From an uncultured Methanosarcinales archaeon (GTDB lineage Archaea > Nanobdellota > Nanobdellia > Woesearchaeales > GW2011-AR9), in contig CAYFOH010000001.1 of assembly GCA_964344755.1 (NCBI GenBank), forward strand, positions 454 to 64,453: a DNA stretch of 64,000 bases. Direction: 5' to 3'. The translations under genes were made by a program, and so were the position numbers. This document shows positions 29,254 to 38,489 of the stretch, piece after piece. The notes under the pieces were generated by a model. The model had not been told where the DNA came from. It saw only the letters and a list, made by a program, of their open reading frames with translations, and ran no database searches. The first letter of the stretch is position 1; every line of letters starts with the position of its first letter.

Positions 29254-29352
29254 GCTTTACCCATCAAATCTTAGACAAGTTTTGGCTTTATAGGATTATT
29301 AGATAGTTTATTTATAAAGATTATGTTTTTTTTTTGAGAAATGATTTTTTTA

Positions 29353-29766
29353 TTAAGGTAATTTTGATTCCAAAGATAGTTCGATTAGTTCTCCTAGTCC
29401 AAGTCCTTGAACGTTAGTGCTTACCAATTGATCTTTACTTGCAAAGTAGTTAGCTCCTGAGTTTTTCCAATAAGAACCAAAGCTTTGGTTACTAGACATA
29501 CCAATTATTTTTACGTTATTTTGGCCTTGTTGATCTCTTATTTTTTTACAAATCTCATAACCTTTTGGGCCTGGCATTTCAGTATCCATTAAGATAACGT
29601 CTGGACATTCATCTAGAAAAACTTTATAAGCTTCTTCTCCATTTTTAGCACAATAAATGTTGTTAGTATTAAATCCCAGCCTTTCTAAATGAATTTTAAG
29701 CAAACATCTGAAAGGTTCGTCATCATCAGCTAATAATAATTTTAAATTTTTATATTTGGTGGTCAT
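29353..29766 (-). CDS. Orphan CheY-like response-regulator receiver domain
   Basis: LLLADDDEPFR...VILMDTEMPG...KIIGMSS receiver motifs. No kinase adjacent. Confidence 0.7.
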   Translation of the reverse strand: MTTKYKNLKLLLADDDEPFRCLLKIHLERLGFNTNNIYCAKNGEEAYKVFLDECPDVILMDTEMPGPKGYEICKKIRDQQGQNNVKIIGMSSNQSFGSYWKNSGANYFASKDQLVSTNVQGLGLGELIELSLESKLP

Positions 29767-29922
29767 ATTATATTTTTAGAACGCTCTTTTAAATAATTTA
29801 TGGCAATTTTTATAAAAGAACTAAGCAAAGACCATCTGTGGAAAGCGTGATGATGTACGTGAACACCAACTGATCCCTTGGGAGATGATGAACGGTAGTA
29901 ACTTACTAGCGCCCACAAAATA

Positions 29923-31185
29923 CTAACCAAAGATATCTTTGTGTTCTGTATCGTCATCATCGATTTGCAGCTTGTCTATAGCTTGGAGGAAATCGCTCTT
30001 TGTTATGTAATCTCTTCTTTCCCTAATTGCACAAAAACCAGCTTCTGTGCATGCTGCTCTTATTTCTGCTCCACTAAAATCTTCCATCAGACTGGCAATT
30101 GTTTTAAGATTAACCTTTTGTAAATTCATTTTTTTACTGTGGACTTTTAAGATTTCAAGTCTTCCTTCTTCATTTGGAAGGCCAACTTCAATTAAACGAT
30201 CTAATCTTCCAGGACGTATAATAGCATGATCTAAAATATCTAAGCGGTTGGTTGCCCCAATTATTTTAACGTTGTCTAGATGTTTAAAACCGTCCATCTC
30301 TGCCAACAATTGCATGAAAGTTCTATTAACTTCCCTTTCTCCTGAGGTGCCAGTATCAACTCTAATGGCAGCAAGAGCATCAATCTCGTCGATAAATATG
30401 ATAGTTGGTGATTTATTTTTTGCTAGCGCAAAAATTTCTTTGATTAACTTTGCTCCTTCTCCAATAAATTTTTGTACCAACTCTGATCCCACAACTTCAA
30501 TGAAAGTTGCATTGGTGCTTCTGGCAACAGCTTTTGCCAGTAAAGTTTTTCCAGTTCCAGGGGGCCCATATAATAAAATTCCTTTTGGAGGTTGGATTCC
30601 GACTTTTTCAAATATTTTTGGATTTTTTAAAGGAAGCTCAATAACTTCTTTAACTTCTTTAATTTCTTCACTTAAGCCACCTATCTCTTCCCATGTTTCT
30701 TTGGGTTTGTCGATAATAACGTACTTTTCTACGTCGAGATTATTGCTTAAACTTATTTTTTCAACAATGTTTAAAGATTTTTGGTCGACTAATACTGAGT
30801 CTCCACTTTTTATTTTTTCTGACTGTTTAGAGATGTAACAATAAAACTTGTTGCCATTAGGTAATTTGATTATGGCTTTGTTTTCTGGAAGGATGCTGAC
30901 AACATCAGCAACAAGAAGAGCTGGCTTTTTTAATTCATTTAATTCATTATTAGCATTATGAAAAAGCTCTCTAAGCATAATACTTTCTTCTTGCAATCGA
31001 CTGAGGGTTTTGTTAGTTAATGTGTTTTCTTTTTCTAATTTCTCAACGGTAGCAAGGAGTGCCCTATTTTCTATGTCTAAATCTTTTTCATCAAATCTTT
31101 CAGAGTAGGTTATCTTGTTAGTTATATTTCGATCGATGATAGACCCCTTGCCTGAAATTTTATTATCTCCAACGTTTCTTTCCAT
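29923..31185 (-). CDS. pan: Proteasome-activating nucleotidase PAN (AAA+ ATPase)
   Basis: N-terminal coiled coil. Walker A GILLYGPPGTGKTLLAKAVA. Second region of homology and arginine fingers. Confidence 0.85.
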   Translation of the reverse strand: MERNVGDNKISGKGSIIDRNITNKITYSERFDEKDLDIENRALLATVEKLEKENTLTNKTLSRLQEESIMLRELFHNANNELNELKKPALLVADVVSILPENKAIIKLPNGNKFYCYISKQSEKIKSGDSVLVDQKSLNIVEKISLSNNLDVEKYVIIDKPKETWEEIGGLSEEIKEVKEVIELPLKNPKIFEKVGIQPPKGILLYGPPGTGKTLLAKAVARSTNATFIEVVGSELVQKFIGEGAKLIKEIFALAKNKSPTIIFIDEIDALAAIRVDTGTSGEREVNRTFMQLLAEMDGFKHLDNVKIIGATNRLDILDHAIIRPGRLDRLIEVGLPNEEGRLEILKVHSKKMNLQKVNLKTIASLMEDFSGAEIRAACTEAGFCAIRERRDYITKSDFLQAIDKLQIDDDDTEHKDIFG

Positions 31186-31304
31186 TTTGTATTAAAATGT
31201 TGTTTGTACTTTTAAACTTACTTGTTTTTTTATTCAGTTCACCGCAACTTTTAAAAAGGTAAACTTCTTTTCTAGAGTCAATTATTCCTAAAAAAAGAGG
31301 TGAA

Positions 31305-31772
31305 TTGATGATGGCTGTAAAAAAGAAACCTGCGAGGAAAAAAATGCCGACCAGGAAAAAAGCTACTTCTAAGAAAAAACCAGTTAAGAAGAAAGTTGTT
31401 TCTAAGAAGAAACCTGCAAAAAAGGCAGTAACAAAAAAGAAACCGGCGAAGAAAAGAGTAGCAGCGAAGAAAAAGACTTCTGCTGCAAAAAAGAAACCGG
31501 TTAAAAGGAAAGCTGCCACAAAGAAAAAGCCGGCTAAGAAAAAGATGTCAGCAGCAAAAAGAAGTGCTGCTGCAAAAAAGGCTGCTGCTACGAGAAAACG
31601 AAAAGCTACCAAAAGATCGGCTGCTGCTAAGAAGGCTGCTGCAACTCGTAAGAGAAAGACAGCTGTTCGCAAAGCTGCTGGCAAAAAAGCTGCTGCAACT
31701 CGTAAGAGAAAAACTGCTGTTCGTCGAGCTGCTGGTAAAAAAGCTGCAAAAACGAGAATGCGTAAAAAGTAA
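31305..31772 (+). CDS. Lys/Ala-rich, highly basic low-complexity protein (histone H1/Hc1-like) built from tandem repeats
   Basis: KKKPAKKK and RSAAAKKAAATRKRK units. Antisense ORF 31163..31684 is a repeat artefact. Confidence 0.55.
   Translation: MMMAVKKKPARKKMPTRKKATSKKKPVKKKVVSKKKPAKKAVTKKKPAKKRVAAKKKTSAAKKKPVKRKAATKKKPAKKKMSAAKRSAAAKKAAATRKRKATKRSAAAKKAAATRKRKTAVRKAAGKKAAATRKRKTAVRRAAGKKAAKTRMRKK
31553..31745. repeat. In-frame tandem nucleotide repeats (about 50-54 nt units) inside the Lys/Ala-rich gene
   Basis: gctgctgcaactcgtaagagaaa(g/a)ac(a/t)gctgttcg... occurs twice in succession; upstream unit RSAAAKKAAATRKRKATK also duplicated. Confidence 0.5.
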
Positions 31773-31800
31773 TTATTTTTTTTTTATTTTTCTTCTTACA
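31773..31800 (+). terminator. Oligo-T tract after the Lys-rich gene
   Basis: taattatttttttttttatttttcttc. Confidence 0.3.
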
Positions 31801-31834
31801 AAGTTTTTTAAAAGGGTTCCTTTTTGAGTAAAGT

Positions 31835-32707
31835 ATGTCTTATTTTACTTTATTGGAAACTTTGAGAAGAGATCTAGCTAGTGGTGACTATGCTTCTGTT
31901 TTTGGTTTGTTACGTGGTCAGCCTGATGGTATTTTGTCTTACCCTCCTTTCAAAGACACTGTTCTTGGTTATTGTCGAGCCGATGAGGATCTTCCTTTTC
32001 GGGAGTTGGCTTACAGTTGGGAGCATTTTCAAAGTACTTTGCGTCCTCTTAAGAAAGAGATTGTTGAACCTAGACTTTATGATCAGGCTTTGGCTAATTT
32101 ACGAGAAGTTTGTGCTGAAGACGAAAACTCTGTCCAGCCTGAATATGATTGTGAAGCAAGACCTTTAACTTTCCGTGAAACTTTGGCAGCTAGATTAGAA
32201 AGTTATTTTACTTCTGAAGATAAGGAAAAGCTATTTAATACTTATTTGGACACTTGTACTGCTGTAGCTTATAAGGAAGGTAGTACTAAGTTTAAAATAA
32301 TTCCAATTAGTAGTGATTTGTTAGGATTGGAAGCCGATTTTAATGAACCATTTGTTCGAATAGATTACGACGAGATTGCAGGAGTTGAGTTAGATAGGGA
32401 TGAAGCAGTCTATGATAAATTATTAACTAAAGAAGAAGTAATTAAGCACCCTGCTTGGTTAGCTGCTGTTGAAGGCGATGAAAGATTGCTAAAGGAGTAT
32501 TCTAAACTTGTTTTTGCTTTAATTAAAGAGAAGGATGGGCGGGAAAAAGGTATGAAATTTCGGTTATTTCTAAGTGTCCAACAGGATCAATTGGAACCAC
32601 TTACTATTCAAAATTTGTATTCTAAATCTTCTGCAAGTGCTATATATAATTTTTACGGATTTAAAGATTTTTTGCGCGTAACTAAACAAGGAAATAAAAA
32701 AGATTAA
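31835..32707 (+). CDS. Hypothetical protein (290 aa); full-length paralog of the truncated ORF at 3..587
   Basis: Shared blocks RPLTFRETLAARLESYFTSE / KFKIIPISSDLLGLEA / KHPAWLAAVEGDERLLK. No known domain recognised. Confidence 0.55.
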   Translation: MSYFTLLETLRRDLASGDYASVFGLLRGQPDGILSYPPFKDTVLGYCRADEDLPFRELAYSWEHFQSTLRPLKKEIVEPRLYDQALANLREVCAEDENSVQPEYDCEARPLTFRETLAARLESYFTSEDKEKLFNTYLDTCTAVAYKEGSTKFKIIPISSDLLGLEADFNEPFVRIDYDEIAGVELDRDEAVYDKLLTKEEVIKHPAWLAAVEGDERLLKEYSKLVFALIKEKDGREKGMKFRLFLSVQQDQLEPLTIQNLYSKSSASAIYNFYGFKDFLRVTKQGNKKD

Positions 32708-34645
32708 TTAGAAAAAGAATCCAAAGACACCATTAAAAAATAGAACTAATTTATCTTTAAAATTATTAGTCTTAACTAAAACCACGGCTTCTTGTTCTTT
32801 TGTTACCTTGTTATTGTCTTGGTCTAGCCAAGTAACTTTAACTTTCAGGGTATTTTTGCTACTTAAACCATTACTATCAATCCTTGAACTTAACTTTTGG
32901 TCTAAGTTTAATTCTTTTATTTTCCATTCTTTTTTTGCATTAACTGTTTCTAAAGTAACTATGACATCTTTAGGTGATATTACAGATTTTTTTTCTAGAT
33001 TTATATTAATATCAAATATTTCTCCATACTCTACCTTCTTTGGAACATCAATGGATAGTTTAATAGCAGACTCTTCTTCTACAAGATAATTGAAAATTTT
33101 TTTAATTTCCAGATCTCTACTTGTTGCTGTAACAAAAACTTTGTCCCAACCGCTCTTTGTGGGACTAAGTGTGATTTCTTCTGTTCTTTCAGAATTAGAT
33201 GGTAGACTAATTTTTTCACAAATTTTATCTAAACAAAAGTTAACATTATTATAATTAATATTACCTTGATTTTTAATTTTGCAACTAAAAATAACTTCTG
33301 TATGAATTAAAATTTGTTTGGGATAATTACAGTTTAAAGAAAGGTCATTCTTGTTTTCTTCTTTTTTTGGAACAAGGTTTCTTACTTCTTCTTCTGTGTA
33401 GTGTGGATAATTTTCTTGGTTTAGGATAAGTCCCCCCACAGATTCATTTTTTTCTGAGGAGAGAAGAATGGGAAATTGATACTCATAAGTTTTATCTAGG
33501 TCTTCAGGAATTTTCAAAATCCAGTAAAGTTCTACTTCTTCCAAGGGAGGCAAGAAGATGTTTCTTTTATTTTCATTAATTATCATAATTTCTGGAGGTA
33601 CGTATAATTTTAATGAGGAAGCTAGATAATAATCTACTGTGTTTTTTATGGTTCCTTTAACAAGTTCATAGCTTCCAAATCCCAATTTTTCATTCAGTAA
33701 CTCTATCTCTAGTTCAATTTCTTGGGGCCCGGGTTTCCCTTTAGATAAGATTTTAACATCAAATTCTAAGGGGAGAGTTTCAAGTTCAACATTATGAGCT
33801 CTCCATTCATATTGTGTTGCTGGCTCTTTTGGATCTTTACCTTCTTTTAATTTAATATGTGTGACGTCAACGTAACCATATTCTCCAAAGGTAATGTCAA
33901 AATTAACCCAACCAAGAGAAGGAAAATAAATTTCTGCCCACCCGTGTGGTTGCCAGGGCTCAGAAAAAAGATCAGAACTAGTATAACTTATTCCTGTAAC
34001 AAAACGTGCAGGAATCCCTAAGGATCTAGCCATAGCAATAAACAAGGAAGTCATTTCATCACAAACCCCTTGCCTGTTCTTTAGGACCCAACTAGCTTTT
34101 TGTGACGCTTTTGCAGTTAATGTGTTTAGATCGTAATCAACATTTTCCTCTACCCAACTAGCTAGGGTAAAGGCTACTTCAAATAAGTCTTCTTTTCCGT
34201 CAGCCAATTCTTGGGCTTTTTCTATAATCTCCTGATTATTTGAATCAATTGTATTTGTTGGTAAAAGATATTCTTCGTAACCAGAAACATCTGAAAGTGG
34301 AAAAAGTATTTTTTCCTTAACTTTTTTACGTTTGTTGTTAGTTTCTATTTTAGAAATATATCCGAAACGTTGTTCCCCTAGTTGCAAATTTTTCCAAACA
34401 AATTCTACTTGGTTTTCTTTTTGTTCTCCAACACTTTGCAAATCTAGCTTAGTTTGTCTGTAATCTTCTATAGGAACAAGAAGAAGGTTAGCCTTAACTT
34501 CCTCTATTTTTGCATTAGAATTTTCTGAATTTAATTCAAAGCCACCACTAATCTTCAGTTCTAAATTCAAAGAATCTTCTAAATAAAGATTTTCTGCTGT
34601 GGCTAGTGGAAGTATAAAGAGAAGGATTAGCAGAATTTTTTTCAT
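32708..34645 (-). CDS. Secreted transglutaminase-like (papain-fold Cys-His-Asp) protein with Ig-like/beta-sandwich domains
   Basis: Signal peptide MKKILLILLFILPLATA. TGase core GVCDEMTSLFIAMARSLGIPARFVTG...WQPHGWAEIYF...WVNFDIT. Confidence 0.7.
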   Translation of the reverse strand: MKKILLILLFILPLATAENLYLEDSLNLELKISGGFELNSENSNAKIEEVKANLLLVPIEDYRQTKLDLQSVGEQKENQVEFVWKNLQLGEQRFGYISKIETNNKRKKVKEKILFPLSDVSGYEEYLLPTNTIDSNNQEIIEKAQELADGKEDLFEVAFTLASWVEENVDYDLNTLTAKASQKASWVLKNRQGVCDEMTSLFIAMARSLGIPARFVTGISYTSSDLFSEPWQPHGWAEIYFPSLGWVNFDITFGEYGYVDVTHIKLKEGKDPKEPATQYEWRAHNVELETLPLEFDVKILSKGKPGPQEIELEIELLNEKLGFGSYELVKGTIKNTVDYYLASSLKLYVPPEIMIINENKRNIFLPPLEEVELYWILKIPEDLDKTYEYQFPILLSSEKNESVGGLILNQENYPHYTEEEVRNLVPKKEENKNDLSLNCNYPKQILIHTEVIFSCKIKNQGNINYNNVNFCLDKICEKISLPSNSERTEEITLSPTKSGWDKVFVTATSRDLEIKKIFNYLVEEESAIKLSIDVPKKVEYGEIFDININLEKKSVISPKDVIVTLETVNAKKEWKIKELNLDQKLSSRIDSNGLSSKNTLKVKVTWLDQDNNKVTKEQEAVVLVKTNNFKDKLVLFFNGVFGFFF

Positions 34646-34648
34646 CTT

Positions 34649-35560
34649 TTATTTTATTGGAAGATGAATGAGGGGATCAATTTTTTTTCCTTTGTGATAC
34701 ATTTCTATGTGTAAAGACGGCTTTTTTTGATAGCTGTTCCCTGTTTGTCCTAATTTTCCTATGACTGTATTGTACTTGACCCTTTGGCCAATTTTGACAG
34801 AAACATTTTTTAAATGAAGATAACTATAAACATATCCGTCTGGTGTTTGTATTTTGACAGTTTTCCCATTGTTTTTCCAAAAACTAAATTTTTGCTTTTT
34901 TCCTTGTTGATTAATATAATGATAACCTGCTCCAACTACACGTCCTGGCTTAAGAGGATAAAGTTTACTACCTTCAGGCATCTTTAAATCTAGACCACTA
35001 TGTGCATGCCTAAATTTTCCTCTGATGGCCTTAAATTTGTCTGAGGATTTAATCCTGTGTGAAGTTTTACCGCCAAATGGGCTTTGAAAATTTAGTTTTT
35101 GTGACATTTTTGGGCAAAGTTTTTTCTTAGACAGAGCTTCTTTTTTAATCTTTGTTTTAAGTGAAGAAAGAGGGATTTTAATTAGATGACCATCTTGAAG
35201 GACTAAATCAGGACTAATAATTTTGTTTTCTTGGGCCATTTTTTTAAGTGAAGAAGGATAGTCTTTTCCATAATGGAGCATGAAAGAGCTAACATTACAA
35301 TAATGTTCTACCATCTTATGAATTGAATGGATATTTTCTTCGTGATTAATAATTCCTTGAATGTATTTGTGGTCTTTATCTAAAAGAAAAGGGAATTTGA
35401 GACAAAAATTTGTTTTACCAGAGCTTAAGCCTTGTAAAAACCTCTTTCTTGTTAGTCCATTGTCTTCAATGGCTTTCATTTCATTGGGATGCAAATAAGA
35501 ACCTTTTTCCTTTGCATAGACGAATTTATTACAGAAATCTAATACCATCTCTTTGACCAT
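34649..35560 (-). CDS. M23 (LytM-type) metallopeptidase with N-terminal domain of unknown function; no obvious signal peptide
   Basis: HAHSGLDLKMPEGS (HxxxD) and GKLGQTGNSYQKKPSLHIEMYH (GxTGxS...HxH) M23 motifs. Confidence 0.7.
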   Translation of the reverse strand: MVKEMVLDFCNKFVYAKEKGSYLHPNEMKAIEDNGLTRKRFLQGLSSGKTNFCLKFPFLLDKDHKYIQGIINHEENIHSIHKMVEHYCNVSSFMLHYGKDYPSSLKKMAQENKIISPDLVLQDGHLIKIPLSSLKTKIKKEALSKKKLCPKMSQKLNFQSPFGGKTSHRIKSSDKFKAIRGKFRHAHSGLDLKMPEGSKLYPLKPGRVVGAGYHYINQQGKKQKFSFWKNNGKTVKIQTPDGYVYSYLHLKNVSVKIGQRVKYNTVIGKLGQTGNSYQKKPSLHIEMYHKGKKIDPLIHLPIK

Positions 35561-35632
35561 TCTTCTAATTAATCTTTTATTGTTTAAAAAATTAATGGTA
35601 AATAATAAAAAGAGAGAAGAGATCTTAGCTTT

Positions 35633-36997
35633 ATGTTAAAACTATTTAACACTCTAAATAAAAAGAAAGAAAAGTTTGTTCCTTCTAAAAAAGTTGTAGG
35701 ACTTTACAGCTGTGGACCAACAGTTTATTATTATCAACATATAGGAAATATGCGGGCTTTTATCTTTAGTGATATCTTAAAAAGAGTTCTTTTGTTCAAT
35801 GGATTCAAAGTAAAACATGTTATGAATATTACAGATGTTGGACATTTAACTTCTGATGCTGATGAAGGGGAAGATAAAATGACTAAGGGCTTAAGAAGGG
35901 AAGGCTTATCGATAACCCTAAAGTCTATGCAAAAGTTGTCTCAGAAATATACTGAGATCTTTTTAGATGATTTAAAGAGACTTAACATAAAATTACCAAA
36001 TATTATTCCTAAGGCTAGTGATCATATAAAGGAAGATTTAGAATTTATTGCTAAATTAGAGAAAAAGGGATTTACTTATAAAACATCAGATGGGCTTTAC
36101 TTTGATACTTCTTTATTGAAAGATTATGGTAAACTTTTAGGTAAGAATGTTAAAGCTGAAGGTAGAATCAAGAAAAACTCTGAGAAGAAAAACCCAAAAG
36201 ATTTTGCCCTTTGGAAATTTAATAAAGATTTAGGTTGGAATACAAAGTGGGGTAAAGGGTTTCCGGGGTGGCATATTGAATGTTCAGTAATGGCTTCTAA
36301 ATATCTTGGCAAACAGTTTGACATACACTGTGGTGGAAAAGAACATATTCCTATACATCATACTAATGAAATAGCTCAATCAGAAGCTCTTTTTGGTAAG
36401 AAACCATGGGTCAAATATTGGTTACATAATGAGTGGTTGATTTTGGCTAGTGGCGAAAAAATGGCCAAATCTGGGAATAATTTTATTACCTTAGATGTTT
36501 TGTTGAAGAAAGGTTTTGACCCTTTAGATTATCGCTACTTTTGTTTAGGAGCAAATTATAGAAACCCTTTAATGTTTAATTATGAAGCCCTAGAGGGAGC
36601 AAAAAAAGCTCGAAAGAGATTGGTTGATTTTGTGATGTCTGTAAAAAAGAAAGGTAAAATTATTAAAAGTTATTTAACTAAATTTACTAAGGAAATAAAT
36701 GATGATTTGAATACTCCTAAGGCTTTAGCTATTGTTTGGGAGGTTGTAAAGGATTCTGAATTAAAAGATTCAGATAAAAAGGCTTTATTGTTAGAGTTTG
36801 ATAAAGTACTTGGTTTGAATTTAAAAGAAGCTAAAGAAGCTAAAGTTCCTGCTGCTATAAAAAAGTTAGCTGAAGAAAGACTTAAGGCTAGGAATGAGAA
36901 AGATTGGAATAGAGCAGATAAATTGAGGGAAGAAATTAAAAAGAAAGGCTATTTAATTGATGATAAAGAGAGGGGTTATGTTTTGAGGAGGGACTAA
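35633..36997 (+). CDS. cysS: Cysteinyl-tRNA synthetase
   Basis: YSCGPTVYYYQHIGN (HIGH-class), KMAKSGNN (KMSKS), CysRS-type Zn ligands. Confidence 0.85.
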   Translation: MLKLFNTLNKKKEKFVPSKKVVGLYSCGPTVYYYQHIGNMRAFIFSDILKRVLLFNGFKVKHVMNITDVGHLTSDADEGEDKMTKGLRREGLSITLKSMQKLSQKYTEIFLDDLKRLNIKLPNIIPKASDHIKEDLEFIAKLEKKGFTYKTSDGLYFDTSLLKDYGKLLGKNVKAEGRIKKNSEKKNPKDFALWKFNKDLGWNTKWGKGFPGWHIECSVMASKYLGKQFDIHCGGKEHIPIHHTNEIAQSEALFGKKPWVKYWLHNEWLILASGEKMAKSGNNFITLDVLLKKGFDPLDYRYFCLGANYRNPLMFNYEALEGAKKARKRLVDFVMSVKKKGKIIKSYLTKFTKEINDDLNTPKALAIVWEVVKDSELKDSDKKALLLEFDKVLGLNLKEAKEAKVPAAIKKLAEERLKARNEKDWNRADKLREEIKKKGYLIDDKERGYVLRRD

Positions 36998-37000
36998 CCT

Positions 37001-37315
37001 CTACAAATCATATTTCTGAATCGCCCAATCAACTATTTCAGCCCAAACACGTGCTGCTTCTGCATCATCTTCGTCAAGTTTTTTTCCATTATAGAGGGCT
37101 TTTCCTTTTCTCAAAGAGAATTCATAATCGTCTTTAGAAATAGAGAAACGAGGTTCAATACTTCCTTCTGGATGGGCAGTAACGGTGTAAGGCCCGTCTT
37201 GTTCTTGTAATGATCCAATCGCAGCACCGCTACCAAAGACAGGAACTGTTCTTTTATCCTCAGTTGCTTCTAAGATACCTTTGTAAAGGTTTTCAATTTT
37301 ATCTTTAAGAGTCAT
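37001..37315 (-). CDS. Hypothetical protein (104 aa)
   Basis: ORF track only. Confidence 0.3.
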   Translation of the reverse strand: MTLKDKIENLYKGILEATEDKRTVPVFGSGAAIGSLQEQDGPYTVTAHPEGSIEPRFSISKDDYEFSLRKGKALYNGKKLDEDDAEAARVWAEIVDWAIQKYDL

Positions 37316-37326
37316 TAACTTAATAA

Positions 37327-37695
37327 ATGAAAGATTACTATTTATTTTTTATGAATAAAGATACAAAGAAAGCGTTGGGTTTTGGGGCAATTGCTGGAAC
37401 AATCGCTATTTTTTGTTGTGTATCTCCACTTATTTTGGTTCTTTTAGGCCTGACTACTGTTACTGCAGCTGTTGCTTTAGGTAACAATTTGTTTACAAAT
37501 TACAAGATTTATTTTATTGCAGCTAGCTTGCTTTTTTTGTTTATTACCTTAATTTTATATCTAAAAAATAAAAACTCTTGTAGCTTGTCAGGGGTACGTA
37601 AAAACATTAATATAATAATTGTCAGTGTGTTCTCAGCAATATTAGTATATATTTTTTGGTACTATTTTACCACTTGGTTAGCTAGTCTTGGCTAG
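37327..37695 (+). CDS. Small membrane protein (3 TM), unknown function
   Basis: Hydrophobic segments in the translation. Confidence 0.35.
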   Translation: MKDYYLFFMNKDTKKALGFGAIAGTIAIFCCVSPLILVLLGLTTVTAAVALGNNLFTNYKIYFIAASLLFLFITLILYLKNKNSCSLSGVRKNINIIIVSVFSAILVYIFWYYFTTWLASLG

Positions 37696-37733
37696 GGAAA
37701 TCTTTAAATAAAATGGTTTTTTATCCATAACTT

Positions 37734-38036
37734 ATGAAGAAAGGAAGTTTGATGATGGTTGTTGAGGTTATTCTGTTGTTAATTTATTTAGCTGTTATTA
37801 TATTTGTTGTTGATAAAAGTACTCTGGGAGGAGTAATAATTGTTGCAGTTTTGACATTGCTTGTTTTTGTAATTGTTTTGTTTTTAGAAAAGAAAAGGAC
37901 CAAAAAAGTTAGTGTTGAACCACAGACTGAAGTCAAACCAATGGAACCAGTTTCTTCTGTACAAGAACAGCAGCAGGTTCCAACAAGCCAACTACCTGTT
38001 GAAGGGCAAGCTGAGTCTAATTCTTTACAAGAATAA
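37734..38036 (+). CDS. Small membrane protein (2 TM) with Q/E-rich tail
   Basis: ORF track. Confidence 0.35.
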   Translation: MKKGSLMMVVEVILLLIYLAVIIFVVDKSTLGGVIIVAVLTLLVFVIVLFLEKKRTKKVSVEPQTEVKPMEPVSSVQEQQQVPTSQLPVEGQAESNSLQE

Positions 38037-38050
38037 AAAAATAAAAAAAA

Positions 38051-38440
38051 TTATTGTTTGATAGCGTGTGCACCAGGTCCTGTTAGATAAAGGCTAATTA
38101 AAGTTCCTATACTTAACAAGTGGAACAAAACATTAATCATGGCCATGGGGCCACTACCAAGTGCTGGTAAACTAACAAAGATCAAAGCAACTGCTAGAAT
38201 AATTACTGGAGGCCAGATAGCGTATTTTAATTTCCAACCTAAAATAATGGCAATTCCAAAAGCTATCTCTGAAATGATCAATAGCCATCCTAGGATTGTT
38301 GGTAAAGGAAAACCTAGGCTTCCCAAAAGACCAATAATCATTTCTGGGCTATTTAGTTTACTTATTCCTGGTAAAATCATGATTAAACCCACTGTTACAC
38401 GTAAAATTAAGGGTGCATAATCCTTACTTATTTTATTCAT
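38051..38440 (-). CDS. DoxX-family membrane protein
   Basis: APLILRVTVGLIMILPGISKL start typical of DoxX; 4 TM. Confidence 0.45.
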   Translation of the reverse strand: MNKISKDYAPLILRVTVGLIMILPGISKLNSPEMIIGLLGSLGFPLPTILGWLLIISEIAFGIAIILGWKLKYAIWPPVIILAVALIFVSLPALGSGPMAMINVLFHLLSIGTLISLYLTGPGAHAIKQ

Positions 38441-38489
38441 GGCTAAATCTTTTTTTTGGTTCTTTTAAATTTAATGGAAAAGAAGTAAT

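Noticed and set aside
29923-29940. PAN C-terminus ends in ...DIFG instead of a canonical HbYX (e.g. LYR)
   Set aside because: Hb-F-X variants occur in proteasomal ATPases. The single aromatic substitution is not enough to claim loss of 20S docking.
31163-31684. 173-aa minus-strand ORF (Phe/Ala/Leu-rich) antisense to the Lys/Ala-rich gene
   Set aside because: It mirrors the AAG/GCT repeat codons (CTT/AGC on the other strand), so it is a low-complexity artefact. The sense frame has the better start context (AGAGGTGA before the ATG).
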